Part shown: positions 38,073 through 48,000 of the stretch, one piece after another
Layout of the letters: each line of letters begins with the position of its first letter
Numbering within the stretch: position 1 is the stretch's first letter
Source: Chthoniobacteraceae bacterium
Lineage (GTDB): Bacteria > Verrucomicrobiota > Verrucomicrobiia > Chthoniobacterales > Chthoniobacteraceae
Assembly (NCBI GenBank): GCA_040081625.1
Contig: JBEBGD010000007.1
Span: 39,526-103,525 of the forward strand
Length of the DNA stretch: 64,000 nt
Reading direction: 5' to 3'
Program-made: the position numbers and the translations under genes
The notes under the pieces: model-generated
What the model was told of the DNA's origin: nothing
The model's database searches: none
What the model saw: the letters and a program-made list of their open reading frames with translations, nothing else

Positions 38073-41000
38073 TCAGGGCTCCACGTTCATCTGCACGCTG
38101 CCGGCGTCGGCGGTGCCGAGGAAGAAGCCGCCGACGACGTTGTCCTGCAACACAAGCACGCCCCGGTATTTCACCGCCTTGAGGCCGGGCTTGAACGTTC
38201 CGCTCACGAGGCCCGTGCGGGCGTTGAATTTCGCCTTCGCCAGCGCGCCGTCGCTGCCGGGCACCACGACTGCCTTCGTGCGGTCGAAGGTGAAGCGCGT
38301 CGTCAACGGCGCGAAGAGTCCGCCGCGGTCGAATGTCGCGACGAGTTCCCCGCCCATCAGGTCGAGCGGCGGCTCGCCCCGGCCGGGCACCGTGTATTTC
38401 CGGCCCGCCGGGTTCAGCCGCATCGTGAATCCATCCGCGAATCGCGTCGCGCGCGGCTGCGGGGTCTTCGTCCATCGCGCGGTCGTGCCCGGTGCGGGTG
38501 CGACCGTGCCGCCGTCGATGTCGATGATGAGTTCGCCGTCGAAAGTGCCGTCACGGCCCCGCTTGATATTCACGAGGAAAGGCGCACGTCCATCCGGCTC
38601 GATGATCGTTTTCGCCGAGAACTTCGTGCCATCGGGCAGCGCGCCGACGATTCTCGCGCGCGAGTTCGCGCTCTGCCGCACGACGGCGAAGCCGGTGCCC
38701 GCGGGCTGCCCGGGATCGCCGACCGGATCGGGCGGATCGGCCGGTTGCAGCCGCATCGTGAAATCGCTCTTTGGCTTCACGACGCCTTGCGCGGAAAATG
38801 CCTGCCCCGCGCGCAGCACGAGCGTGCGGCCATTGATGGAGATGCGCGCCTCGATCCCGCCGGCCATCGGACGAAAGCTCCCCGCGAATCCACCACTCCC
38901 CCGGACGCGCGTGTTGCTGGCCGCCGCCATCCTGCCCCGCGCGGTGAAGCTGCGTCCGCCGACCTGGAAGCGCGCTGAAAACCGCCGCCCGCGCGCGAGC
39001 GCGAACTGCGCAAAGCCCGCCGCGATCTGGTCCGGCGTCGGCGCCGCCGAGGCGTCGCGCGGGATGCCGTCGGCGCCCGTCTCATCGAAGAGCAGCCCGG
39101 CGTATTCGCCGACCGTCACCCCATCGGAGAGCACCGTGACGGTCGCCATCGCGCTCAGCGCGGAGGGTTGATCGTCCTTGATCGTGTAGGTGAACGTGTC
39201 TCTTCCGTTGCCGAACTTCGGAGAGAAGAACCGGTCGGTCGGCGTATAGACCAGCGTGTTCCCGACCAGCGCGACGGAGCCGTAGGCACCCTGCGTGAAG
39301 CTGTCGATCGTGAGCGGGTCGCCGTCGGGCTCGATGTCGTTGTCGAGCACTTCGCCGATGAACTCGTCGCCGGGGTTCGTGGAGGTGACGAGGATCGTGT
39401 CGTCAAACGCGAGCGGCTCGCCATTCGGCGTCATGAACGAAAGCACGTCGCCGCTCTCGACGAGTGTGTCGGGATCGAACCCCACCTTCGTATTGAACTG
39501 CACGGAATAGGACGTGTGCCCCTTGAGCCCCGTGACTGCTTGCATGAAGGTCTGCGCACCGTGGTAGCCGCCGGTGAAGAAGTGCGCCGTCTCGTTGTCG
39601 AGCTCCTTCGCGTTCGTCCCGTAGCTGAACCACACCTCCACGTTGTATCCGTTGTCGGTGAGCTCTCCGGAAAAGAGCGCGCTGTTCGCGAGCACGCTGC
39701 CCGCGCTGAACGTGGTCGCCGTCGCCTGCGGGTCGGGGAAGATCTTGAAGATCGCGCCGCCGCCGCGCGGACCGCCACGCGAGGTGTTGCCGTAGATCGC
39801 GCCATCGGGGCCGACGGAGAGCCCGCCACCCGCCTCGAAGCCCACGTCGTCGAACTCGTTGCCGATGCGGAAGCGGTAGATGACCCGCACCTTGCCCGTG
39901 GTATCCGCGCGATAGAGCACACCCACATTCTCCCCGCCGTCTCGCTGGTTGAGGACGCCATACACGCGTCCCGACCCGTCTTCCGCCAGCGGCGCGAGGA
40001 TCTCGTGCGCGCCGAAAAAATCCGCCGCCGATGCGGAGCCGAGCTTCGTCGGGACGCCGGTCGGCGAGACGCGCACGATGGTGCCGACATCGCGCGATGA
40101 AAGCGAGTAGGCCGGCACGATGAAGCTGCCGCTTGCTTCCTGGAAGAGCGGCCCGATCGGATCCTTGCTGCCGGTCGCCGACGTGCCGAACACCGTGAAC
40201 GTCGTCACATTCCCGCCGATGCCGACCCTGAAGATGCGCCCGCGTTTCGTCGGACCGCTATTCTGCTGCACGCCGAGGAAGTGATTCGCGTCGAGCTGCA
40301 CGAGCGGGCCGTAGGCGAACTCGTCCGGCTCGCCGACCACGCCGATGCGCGTGATCGTGCTGCCCGAGAGCCGATAGACCGCGGGCGGATTAGGCCCGTT
40401 GGCGCTCACCTGGAAGGCCTGGCCGTAGAAGCTCCCGAAGCCATCCGGCGTGAGGCCGTAGATGGGGTGGATGGCGGTTAGCGTGTCGAATGTCGCACGC
40501 GTGGTGACGATGCCCGATCCGTCGATCTGCAAAACCCTCCCGACGCCACCCATGCCCCCGAATCGATCGACCAGCAGCAGGTTGTTCGAGATGTCGATGG
40601 CCAGCGGTTGCGAATCGAATTGCGAGGCGAAAAAATTCGGCGGGAGCGCGGCGAGCGGTTGGAGCGGCCCGACGACGCCCGCGCGTTTCACGATCGAGCC
40701 CTTGCCGTTCGCGCCGCCCGCGCGCGTGCGTTGGAAGAGGTCGCCGTTCCCGAAAAACACGGGATCGATCGGCCGCGACCCCTCGGCCGTGTTGTCGTCC
40801 GGAGTCGTGACAGACAACTCGCCGACGAAATTGGACATGTTGACCACGAAGAGCTTCTCGCGAGTCGTGAAGGCGAGGGTTGACCCCGCGGCCGTGACTC
40901 CGCTCGTGAATGGCGTCCCCACCGGAAGCTCCACGCCATTGCTTCCGTCGAAGGCCGTCCGCCGCGAGAGAAACGGAGCGCCCGTGAGGCTCAGGTTGAA

Positions 41001-42065
41001 CACTCCGCCCTTGCTCTGCGAGACGCCGAACTTGAACAGGATCGCCGCCGCATCCACGCCCACCGACGTCAGCCCGCCGACCGGACTGCTCGGAAAATCC
41101 GGCGATTGCCTCAACTCGAGCGCGATGACCGGCGCGCCGCCGGGCGGGAGCTTCCACAGCACGCCGCCGGGATCGCGGTCGAAAGTCTCGCCGGTGAAGA
41201 ACTCCGCGAGCCCATATACCGAACCATCGCCCGCGAGGAAGAGCCGCCCGGACGGCTCCGCGCCAGGCAGCGTGCCGCCGAACTTCGTGAACTCAAACGA
41301 CGTGAACGTGCCGTCCGCCGCGATGCGGAAAATCGTGCCGCGATCGAACCTCCCGCCACGCCGCGTGGTGCCGACGAGGCTGCCATCCGGCAGCGGCAGC
41401 ACCGGCCCGTCCGGCTCTGCACCCGGCGTCGCGCCGCGGGTGCCGGTGAATTTCACGACCGTCTCGAAACGTCCCGTCGCAGTCGAAATGCGGAACACCG
41501 AGCCGAAGTCCACGACGTTCGTGCGGCTGTCCTCCTTCTCCACGCCGGCAGTGGTGCCATAGAGGATTCCGCCGGCACCCTCGCTCAGACCAACCCTCGG
41601 AAAAAAACCCGGCGCCGCACCGGCCGCGCCGGAGAAATCGACGAGCGTCTGGCCCTCGCCCGCTCCAACCGGGACGCGAAAGACCGTGCCCACGCCGAAC
41701 CGCCCACCCCGCTCGGTGACACCGTAGAAAAACCCGTCGAACCTGAGGACGAGCTGCCCGGCAGGCTCTGCGCCCCGAAGCGAGCCAGACGGGTCGCCGA
41801 AGCTGCGATGCACGGATACCACGCCGGATCCACCATCGATGGCGAAGAGCGTGCCGCGATCGAACATGCCGCCAGCTTTCGAGAGCCCGAAGTAGTTGCC
41901 GTCCTCGACCAGCACGCCATTCCCAAAATCAGGGACGCCGGTGCTGAACGCGCCGACGAGCGCGGGCTTGATCTCGGGTGTGCCCGCGCTTTCAGCGCGG
42001 AGCAGCGGCGCGACGAGGAACTGAGCCATCGTGATTCCGAGACGGACATGCAGCGAAGTCTTCAT
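38073..42065 (-). CDS. GloVer-type tandem repeat surface protein (paralog 2)
   Basis: Same architecture, collinear with 34077-38015; start at ATG 42065 (the track ORF extends into argS). Confidence 0.85.
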   Translation of the reverse strand: MKTSLHVRLGITMAQFLVAPLLRAESAGTPEIKPALVGAFSTGVPDFGNGVLVEDGNYFGLSKAGGMFDRGTLFAIDGGSGVVSVHRSFGDPSGSLRGAEPAGQLVLRFDGFFYGVTERGGRFGVGTVFRVPVGAGEGQTLVDFSGAAGAAPGFFPRVGLSEGAGGILYGTTAGVEKEDSRTNVVDFGSVFRISTATGRFETVVKFTGTRGATPGAEPDGPVLPLPDGSLVGTTRRGGRFDRGTIFRIAADGTFTSFEFTKFGGTLPGAEPSGRLFLAGDGSVYGLAEFFTGETFDRDPGGVLWKLPPGGAPVIALELRQSPDFPSSPVGGLTSVGVDAAAILFKFGVSQSKGGVFNLSLTGAPFLSRRTAFDGSNGVELPVGTPFTSGVTAAGSTLAFTTREKLFVVNMSNFVGELSVTTPDDNTAEGSRPIDPVFFGNGDLFQRTRAGGANGKGSIVKRAGVVGPLQPLAALPPNFFASQFDSQPLAIDISNNLLLVDRFGGMGGVGRVLQIDGSGIVTTRATFDTLTAIHPIYGLTPDGFGSFYGQAFQVSANGPNPPAVYRLSGSTITRIGVVGEPDEFAYGPLVQLDANHFLGVQQNSGPTKRGRIFRVGIGGNVTTFTVFGTSATGSKDPIGPLFQEASGSFIVPAYSLSSRDVGTIVRVSPTGVPTKLGSASAADFFGAHEILAPLAEDGSGRVYGVLNQRDGGENVGVLYRADTTGKVRVIYRFRIGNEFDDVGFEAGGGLSVGPDGAIYGNTSRGGPRGGGAIFKIFPDPQATATTFSAGSVLANSALFSGELTDNGYNVEVWFSYGTNAKELDNETAHFFTGGYHGAQTFMQAVTGLKGHTSYSVQFNTKVGFDPDTLVESGDVLSFMTPNGEPLAFDDTILVTSTNPGDEFIGEVLDNDIEPDGDPLTIDSFTQGAYGSVALVGNTLVYTPTDRFFSPKFGNGRDTFTYTIKDDQPSALSAMATVTVLSDGVTVGEYAGLLFDETGADGIPRDASAAPTPDQIAAGFAQFALARGRRFSARFQVGGRSFTARGRMAAASNTRVRGSGGFAGSFRPMAGGIEARISINGRTLVLRAGQAFSAQGVVKPKSDFTMRLQPADPPDPVGDPGQPAGTGFAVVRQSANSRARIVGALPDGTKFSAKTIIEPDGRAPFLVNIKRGRDGTFDGELIIDIDGGTVAPAPGTTARWTKTPQPRATRFADGFTMRLNPAGRKYTVPGRGEPPLDLMGGELVATFDRGGLFAPLTTRFTFDRTKAVVVPGSDGALAKAKFNARTGLVSGTFKPGLKAVKYRGVLVLQDNVVGGFFLGTADAGSVQMNVEP

Positions 42066-42127
42066 GGGCGGTAAAACTTCCACGCGCATACGCCCCGTGT
42101 GCGGGCGGGTCAAGCGATGCGCCTGCC

Positions 42128-43885
42128 TTACATCCGCTCGGGCACCTCGATGCCGAGGAGCCCGAGCCCGCGCGAGAGCACCCGCGCGCTGACATCGCAC
42201 AGCGCGAGCCGCGTCGCCTGCGCTGCTCCCTCGCTCTTGAGCACCGGGCACGACTCGAAGAACGAGTGAAACGTCGCTGCGAGTTCGTAGAGATAATTGG
42301 CGAGCAGATTCGGCCGGTAGTCCTCGAGGATCTGCGGCACCACTTCGCCGAACTGGGAGAGCTTCTTCGCGAGCGCCTGCTCGGCCGGTTCGGCGAGAAT
42401 GACGGATGACGGGTGACGAATGACGGATTCGTCGATCTCGCCTTTGCGGAAGATCGAGCGAATGCGCACGTAGCTGTATTGCAGATACGGCGCGGTGTTG
42501 CCCTGGAAGCTGAGCATCTTCTCCCACGAGAAGACGTAGTCGCTCTGCCGGTTCGGCAGCAGGTCCGCGTATTTCACCGCGCCGAGCCCGACCACGCGCG
42601 CGATCTCGCGCCGGGCCGATTCGGCGAGCGTCGCGTTCTTCTCGCTCACGAGTGCAAACGCGCGCTCCTCCGCTTCATCGAGCAGGTCCGAAAGCCGCAC
42701 CGTCTCGCCGCTGCGCGTTTTGAAAGGCTTGCCGTCCTCGCCGAGGATCGAGCCGAACCAGACGTGCGCGAGCTTCACGTTCGCATCCGCCTTCCAGCGC
42801 CGGAAGATCGCGAAGAGCTGCCGGAAGTGGTGCTGCTGGCGGCCATCGGTCACATACACGATCTCGTCCGGCGTCCACTCGCGCAGCCGGTGAGCGAGCG
42901 TCGCGAGGTCGGTCGTCGTGTAGTTCGCCGCGCCGTCGGCTTTCTGCACGAGCGCGGGGATGTCCACCCACTCCCCATCGCGCGAGATGAGAAAGGGGTC
43001 GTCCTTCTCCGGGCCGCTGCGGTCGGAGAAGACGCACATCGCGCCGTCGCTCTCGCGCGCGATGCCGCCGTCGGCGAGATCGGACACGACGTCGCGCAGC
43101 CATGGATTGTAGAAGCTCTCGCCAAGCGTCACATCGAAGCGGATGCCGAGCCGGCCGTAGATCGCGTCGAACTGCGCCTCCGAAAGCCGGATCATCTCGC
43201 GCCAGATACCGAGGTTTTCCTCGTCTCCGCCTTGCAGCTTCACGAGCTCCCCGCGCGCGGACTCGCGCACGCTCTCGTCGGCCTGCTGGCGAGCGTTCAC
43301 GTCCTTATAGATGCGCTCCATCTCCGCGATCGGATCGCGCGCGAGCGCCTCGCGATCGAGGATCGTCTTCCACCCCACGAGCAGCATCCCGAACTGCGTG
43401 CCCCAGTCGCCGATGTGATTGTCGCGCACGACGCGGTGCCCGATGAACTCCGCGATCCGTGCGAGTGCGTCGCCGAGGATGGTCGAGCGGATATGGCCGA
43501 CGTGCATCGGCTTCGCCACGTTCGGCGAACTGAAGTCGATGACGACGCTCTTCACCTTCGCCGGCACCGGCACGCCGAGCCGCTCATCCTGCGCCAGCTC
43601 GACAAATCGCACCGCGAGCCACTCGGGCCGCAGGCGGAAATTGATGAACCCCGCGCCGGCGATCTCCGGCGGCGCGCACAGGTCGGCCACGTCGAGCTTG
43701 TCGATGATCTGCTGCGCGAGCTGCCGCGGATTCGCGCGGGCCTGCTTCGCGAGGACCATCGCGGCATTGGTCTGGTAATCGCCGAACCGCGTGTCCGTCG
43801 CGGCGGAAACACCCGGTTCCGCGCCGGGGAAATCGGCCAGAGCGGCGCGGAGTCGGGAGGCAAGAATCGAAGGAATCGTCAGCAT
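42128..43885 (-). CDS. argS: arginine--tRNA ligase
   Basis: FGDYQTN, DFSSPNVAKPMHVGHIRST, NHIGDWGTQFGML, GNTAPYLQY, C-terminal PERM. Confidence 0.97.
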   Translation of the reverse strand: MLTIPSILASRLRAALADFPGAEPGVSAATDTRFGDYQTNAAMVLAKQARANPRQLAQQIIDKLDVADLCAPPEIAGAGFINFRLRPEWLAVRFVELAQDERLGVPVPAKVKSVVIDFSSPNVAKPMHVGHIRSTILGDALARIAEFIGHRVVRDNHIGDWGTQFGMLLVGWKTILDREALARDPIAEMERIYKDVNARQQADESVRESARGELVKLQGGDEENLGIWREMIRLSEAQFDAIYGRLGIRFDVTLGESFYNPWLRDVVSDLADGGIARESDGAMCVFSDRSGPEKDDPFLISRDGEWVDIPALVQKADGAANYTTTDLATLAHRLREWTPDEIVYVTDGRQQHHFRQLFAIFRRWKADANVKLAHVWFGSILGEDGKPFKTRSGETVRLSDLLDEAEERAFALVSEKNATLAESARREIARVVGLGAVKYADLLPNRQSDYVFSWEKMLSFQGNTAPYLQYSYVRIRSIFRKGEIDESVIRHPSSVILAEPAEQALAKKLSQFGEVVPQILEDYRPNLLANYLYELAATFHSFFESCPVLKSEGAAQATRLALCDVSARVLSRGLGLLGIEVPERM

Positions 43886-43939
43886 ATGAAACGGGGCGCG
43901 CTGACTACACCGGCGATGCTGCCACGCAAGCGCACGGGG

Positions 43940-44404
43940 TTACTTCGGAGCCTGCCCGAGGAAGATCCCATGGATCGCCGGCGCGTCCGCGGCTTCACCG
44001 AGCCGGTCGCGCACCGCGCGGTCGTTGAGGAATTTCGCGATCGCCGCGAGCGTCCGCAGGTGGGTCTGAAACTGGTCCTTCGGCACCACAAAGAGCACGA
44101 TGAAACGCACGGGTGCATTGTCGAGCGAGTCGAACTCGATGCCGCGCGAGGAGCGTCCGAAGGCGGCGACGACCTCGGTGATCCGGTCGCTCGATGCGTG
44201 CGGGATGGCGATGCCAAAGCCGATGCCGGTGCTCATGGTCTCCTCGCGCTGGCGCAATGCCGCGAGGATGAGTTCGCGATCCTCCGCCCGCACGCGGTCA
44301 CGTGCGACGAGGAGATCGACCAGTTCGACAATCGCGGACCACCGTTCGGTGGCCTGCATCTCCGGGAGGATGAGATCAGCCGAGAGAAGATTACCGAGGT
44401 TCAT
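43940..44404 (-). CDS. PTS IIA (Ntr/fructose-type) domain protein
   Basis: REETMSTGIGFGIAIPH, GIEFDSLDNAPV, HLRTLA. Confidence 0.9.
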   Translation of the reverse strand: MNLGNLLSADLILPEMQATERWSAIVELVDLLVARDRVRAEDRELILAALRQREETMSTGIGFGIAIPHASSDRITEVVAAFGRSSRGIEFDSLDNAPVRFIVLFVVPKDQFQTHLRTLAAIAKFLNDRAVRDRLGEAADAPAIHGIFLGQAPK

Positions 44405-44513
44405 TCGGTTGTTTGAGCCGGTTTCTGAAGCAAAGTCCGCCGACTCTACTGGTCGCGCTTGATGCGACAAGCGCGATTTGCCCGCGATTTCACGCGTCCA
44501 CAATTCCCCGGCC

Positions 44514-45098
44514 TCAACGAGGCGGCGCGATCTTCAGCCCGGTGCGACCGGGGAGCTGCGTGACTTGTTTCTCGAAGCAATCGGGGCAGATGCCGTGGCT
44601 GAACTGCGAGCCGGTCTGCTGGTGGATGTAGGTCTCGACCTGCTGCCAGTAATCCGAGTCGTCGCGCACGCGCTTGCAATACATGCAGATCGGGATCAGC
44701 TCCTTGAGCAGCTTGATCTCGGTGGTGAAGCCGAGGATCCGCTCCGCCACTCGCAGCCTCATGAATACAGCCTCGCGGTCGATCGGCTTGGCCACAAAGT
44801 CGTCGATGCCGGCGTCCATCGCCTTGCGCAGGTTTTCGCGGCCGGTGTGGATGGCGGTCAGCAGGATGAAGTAGGTGTATTCGCTCTTCGGCCGCGTCCG
44901 CACTTTCTGGCAAAGCTCGAGCCCATCGAGGCCCGGCATCATCCAGTCGCTGATGATCACGCGCACCGGCTCGCGATCGAAATGCTCCCAAGCCTCAGCG
45001 CCGTCGCCGGCGACGATGATCTCGTGTCCCCAATGCTCGAGGGTGAACTGGAGAATCTTGATTGAGACGGGATCGTCTTCGGCGATGAGGATTTTCAT
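44514..45098 (-). CDS. response regulator (REC) with a C-terminal Cys-rich domain
   Basis: MKILIAEDD, SDWMMPGLDG, KPID; LIPICMYCKRVRD..YWQQVETYI..FSHGICPDC. Confidence 0.9.
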   Translation of the reverse strand: MKILIAEDDPVSIKILQFTLEHWGHEIIVAGDGAEAWEHFDREPVRVIISDWMMPGLDGLELCQKVRTRPKSEYTYFILLTAIHTGRENLRKAMDAGIDDFVAKPIDREAVFMRLRVAERILGFTTEIKLLKELIPICMYCKRVRDDSDYWQQVETYIHQQTGSQFSHGICPDCFEKQVTQLPGRTGLKIAPPR

Positions 45099-48000
45099 GC
45101 GGCAGCGTGGGCGGGCAGTTCCTTCTCGAGCACGACACGGACGTGGCCGAAAGCTTTTTCGATGTCTTCGAGCAAACGAGCCGCGCCTTCGAGCGATCCG
45201 GCGCCCGCGCGCGTCTCGAGTTCGAAACACACGTCGCGCATCCGGTGCGCGCCGAAATTCGAGCAGCTTCCCTTGAGCGTGTGCGCGAGCCGCTGGACCT
45301 TCGGCAGCACCTTGTCGCCGATGGCCGAGCGCAGTTCGCCGAGCAGCGTCGGCGTGTTATCCAGGAATACCGCGATGAGCTGGACGAGAATGCCGCCGCT
45401 GCCGTCGCCGTCGAGTTCCCGGAAGGCGTCGAGAGCCGACAGGTCGATGATGTCCTTGCCGACCGGCTCGCGCACATCGATCTCAGCGATTTTGCAGCCC
45501 TCGATGCGATCGAGCGCCGCCTTCAAGTCCTCCACCTTCACCGGCTTGGCGATGTAGTCGTCCATTCCCGCCGCGAGGCATTTCTCCCGGTCACCTTCGA
45601 GCGAGTGCGCCGTCATCGCGACGATCCACGTGTGCCGTTCCGTGCCCTCGCGCTTGCGGATCTCGCCGGTCGCCGCGTAGCCGTCGAGCTCGGGCATCTG
45701 GCAGTCCATGAAGATCAAGTCGTAGCGCTGCCGGGCGAGCGCCTCGAGCACCATCGCGCCGTTGTCCACCGCGTCGGCCAGATATCCGAGCTTCTGGAGC
45801 TGATGCAGCGCGACCTTTTGATTCACCACATTGTCCTCGGCGATGAGGATGCGCAGCGCAGGTCCGTGTTTCGAGACTGGCTCCGCGGCGACCGGCGCAT
45901 CCATGGCGATGAGACCGGACACGAGCGAGCGCGGGCCGTCCTGGCTGCGAACGACGCTGAGCAGTGCATCGAGCAGCGGTTTGCGTTTGACCGGCTTGGT
46001 CAGGTAGTCGTCCACGCCCGATTCGCGGAACGTATTGAGGTCGTCCTTGCGGTCGAGCGTCGAGAGCATGATCAGCCTCGCCTGCGAGATGCGCGGGTCG
46101 GACTTGATGGCGCGCGCAAGCATGAGGCCGTCCATCCCCGGCATGGTGAGATCGATGACGATCAGCTCGAAGGGCCGGCCACGGTTCGCCTCGCGCCGCA
46201 TGAGCGAGAGCGCCTCCTCACCGGAGGGCACGATGTGCTGCTCGACTCCCCACGCGGCCAGCAGATGCTGAAGGACGAGGCGGGAAGTTTCGTTGTCATC
46301 GACGGCGAGCACGCGGCGGTTTTGCAACTCGGCCCGCCGTGCCGGAGCCACCATCTTGCCGGGCTGCTGCTTGCCGAAGCGCGCGGTGAACCAGAACGTC
46401 GAACCTTTTCCCGAGTCGCTCTGGACGCCGATCTGACCGCCCATCTGCTTGACCAACTGCTTGCAGATCGCCAGCCCGAGGCCGGTGCCGCCATACTTGC
46501 GCGTGGTCGAGCCGTCGGCCTGCACGAAGGCCTGGAAAAGTTTCGCCTGCGCCTCGGGCCCGATGCCGATGCCCGTGTCACAGATTTCAAATCGCACGAC
46601 AGCCTCACCCCACGTCTCCTCGACGATGCGCGCGCGCACGAGCACCTCGCCGTTCTCGGTGAATTTGACCGCGTTGCCGACCAGATTGGTGATGACCTGC
46701 CGCAGCCGGCCCGGATCGCCGCGCAACGCAACAGGCACATCGCTGTGCACCATCGTGAGCAACTCGAGTTTCTTCGCCGCGGCGCGACCGGAGAGCAGCT
46801 CGGTCGCGCCTTCGACGACCGAGGGCAGATCGAACTCGATCTCCTCGAAGATGAGCATGCCCGCCTCGATCTTCGAGAAGTCGAGGATGTCATTGACGAT
46901 GTGCAGCAGCGCATCGGAGCTTTGCTGGATGGTGTGCGTGAAGTCGCGCTGCTTGGGCGCCAGTTCGCTGTCCAGGAGCAGGCCGGTCATTCCGATGATG
47001 CCGTTCATCGGCGTGCGGATTTCGTGGCTCATGTTCGCGAGGAATTCGCTCTTGAGCCGCGCCGACTCGAGCGCCGCGTCGCGCGCCTTCGCGATCTCGT
47101 CCTCGGCCGCGCGCCGCGCCGTGATGTCTTCGACGGTGCCCTCGAAGTAGAGCACGTGCCCGCGTTCATCCATCACGCCGCGCGCGTGTTCGCTGATCCA
47201 GATGACGGCCCCATCCTGCCGGTAAACCTGCGAGACAAAGCCCGACACCGCGCCCTGCTCGGCCATGATGCGGATGAACTCCTTGCGCCTCTCAGGATCG
47301 ACATAGAGCTGCCGCTCGATGTCGCTGAGCTGGCGGCTCAATTCATCCGGCGACGCGTAGCCGAGGATGCGCGCGAGCGCGGGATTGGCGCTCTTGACGC
47401 GCCCCTCGGGCGACGTCTGGAAGATTCCCTCAATCGCGTTCTCGAAGATCGAGCGGTATTTTTCCTCCGCCTGCCGCAGCTCATGCTCGACGCGCTTGAG
47501 CGCGGAGATGTCCTGGAGTGTCGAGCGCATCCCGCACACCTCGCCATTGGTGTCGGTGATGAGCCGGTGCCGCATCAACACCGGCACGGTGCTGCCGTCC
47601 TTGCGGCTGAAGCTCCGCTGCGTCGCCTCGAGGTGCAGCTCGCTGGCGAGCCGGACCGGGATGCTGTCGTGGCCCGTATCCTCGACGATGAAATCCCACA
47701 CGGGCCGGCCGACCATTTCCTCCGCGGAATAGCCGAGCATCCCCAGCTCGGTCTGGTTCACTCGCGTGATGCGATTCTCCGTGTCCAATTCGTGGTAGGC
47801 CACGGGCGCGTCGTCGAACAGCCCGCGGAACTCCGCCTCGCGTTCGCGCAGCGCACGCTCGGCGTTTTTCTGCTTTGAAATATCGATGCCCACGCCGCCG
47901 ATCAGCCGGTGGCCATCCGCCGTGCCCATCGGGAATTTCAGCACCAGCCACTCGCGCGTATCGCCTTCGGCGCTCGGGACGACTTCGAGGATGCGCACCG

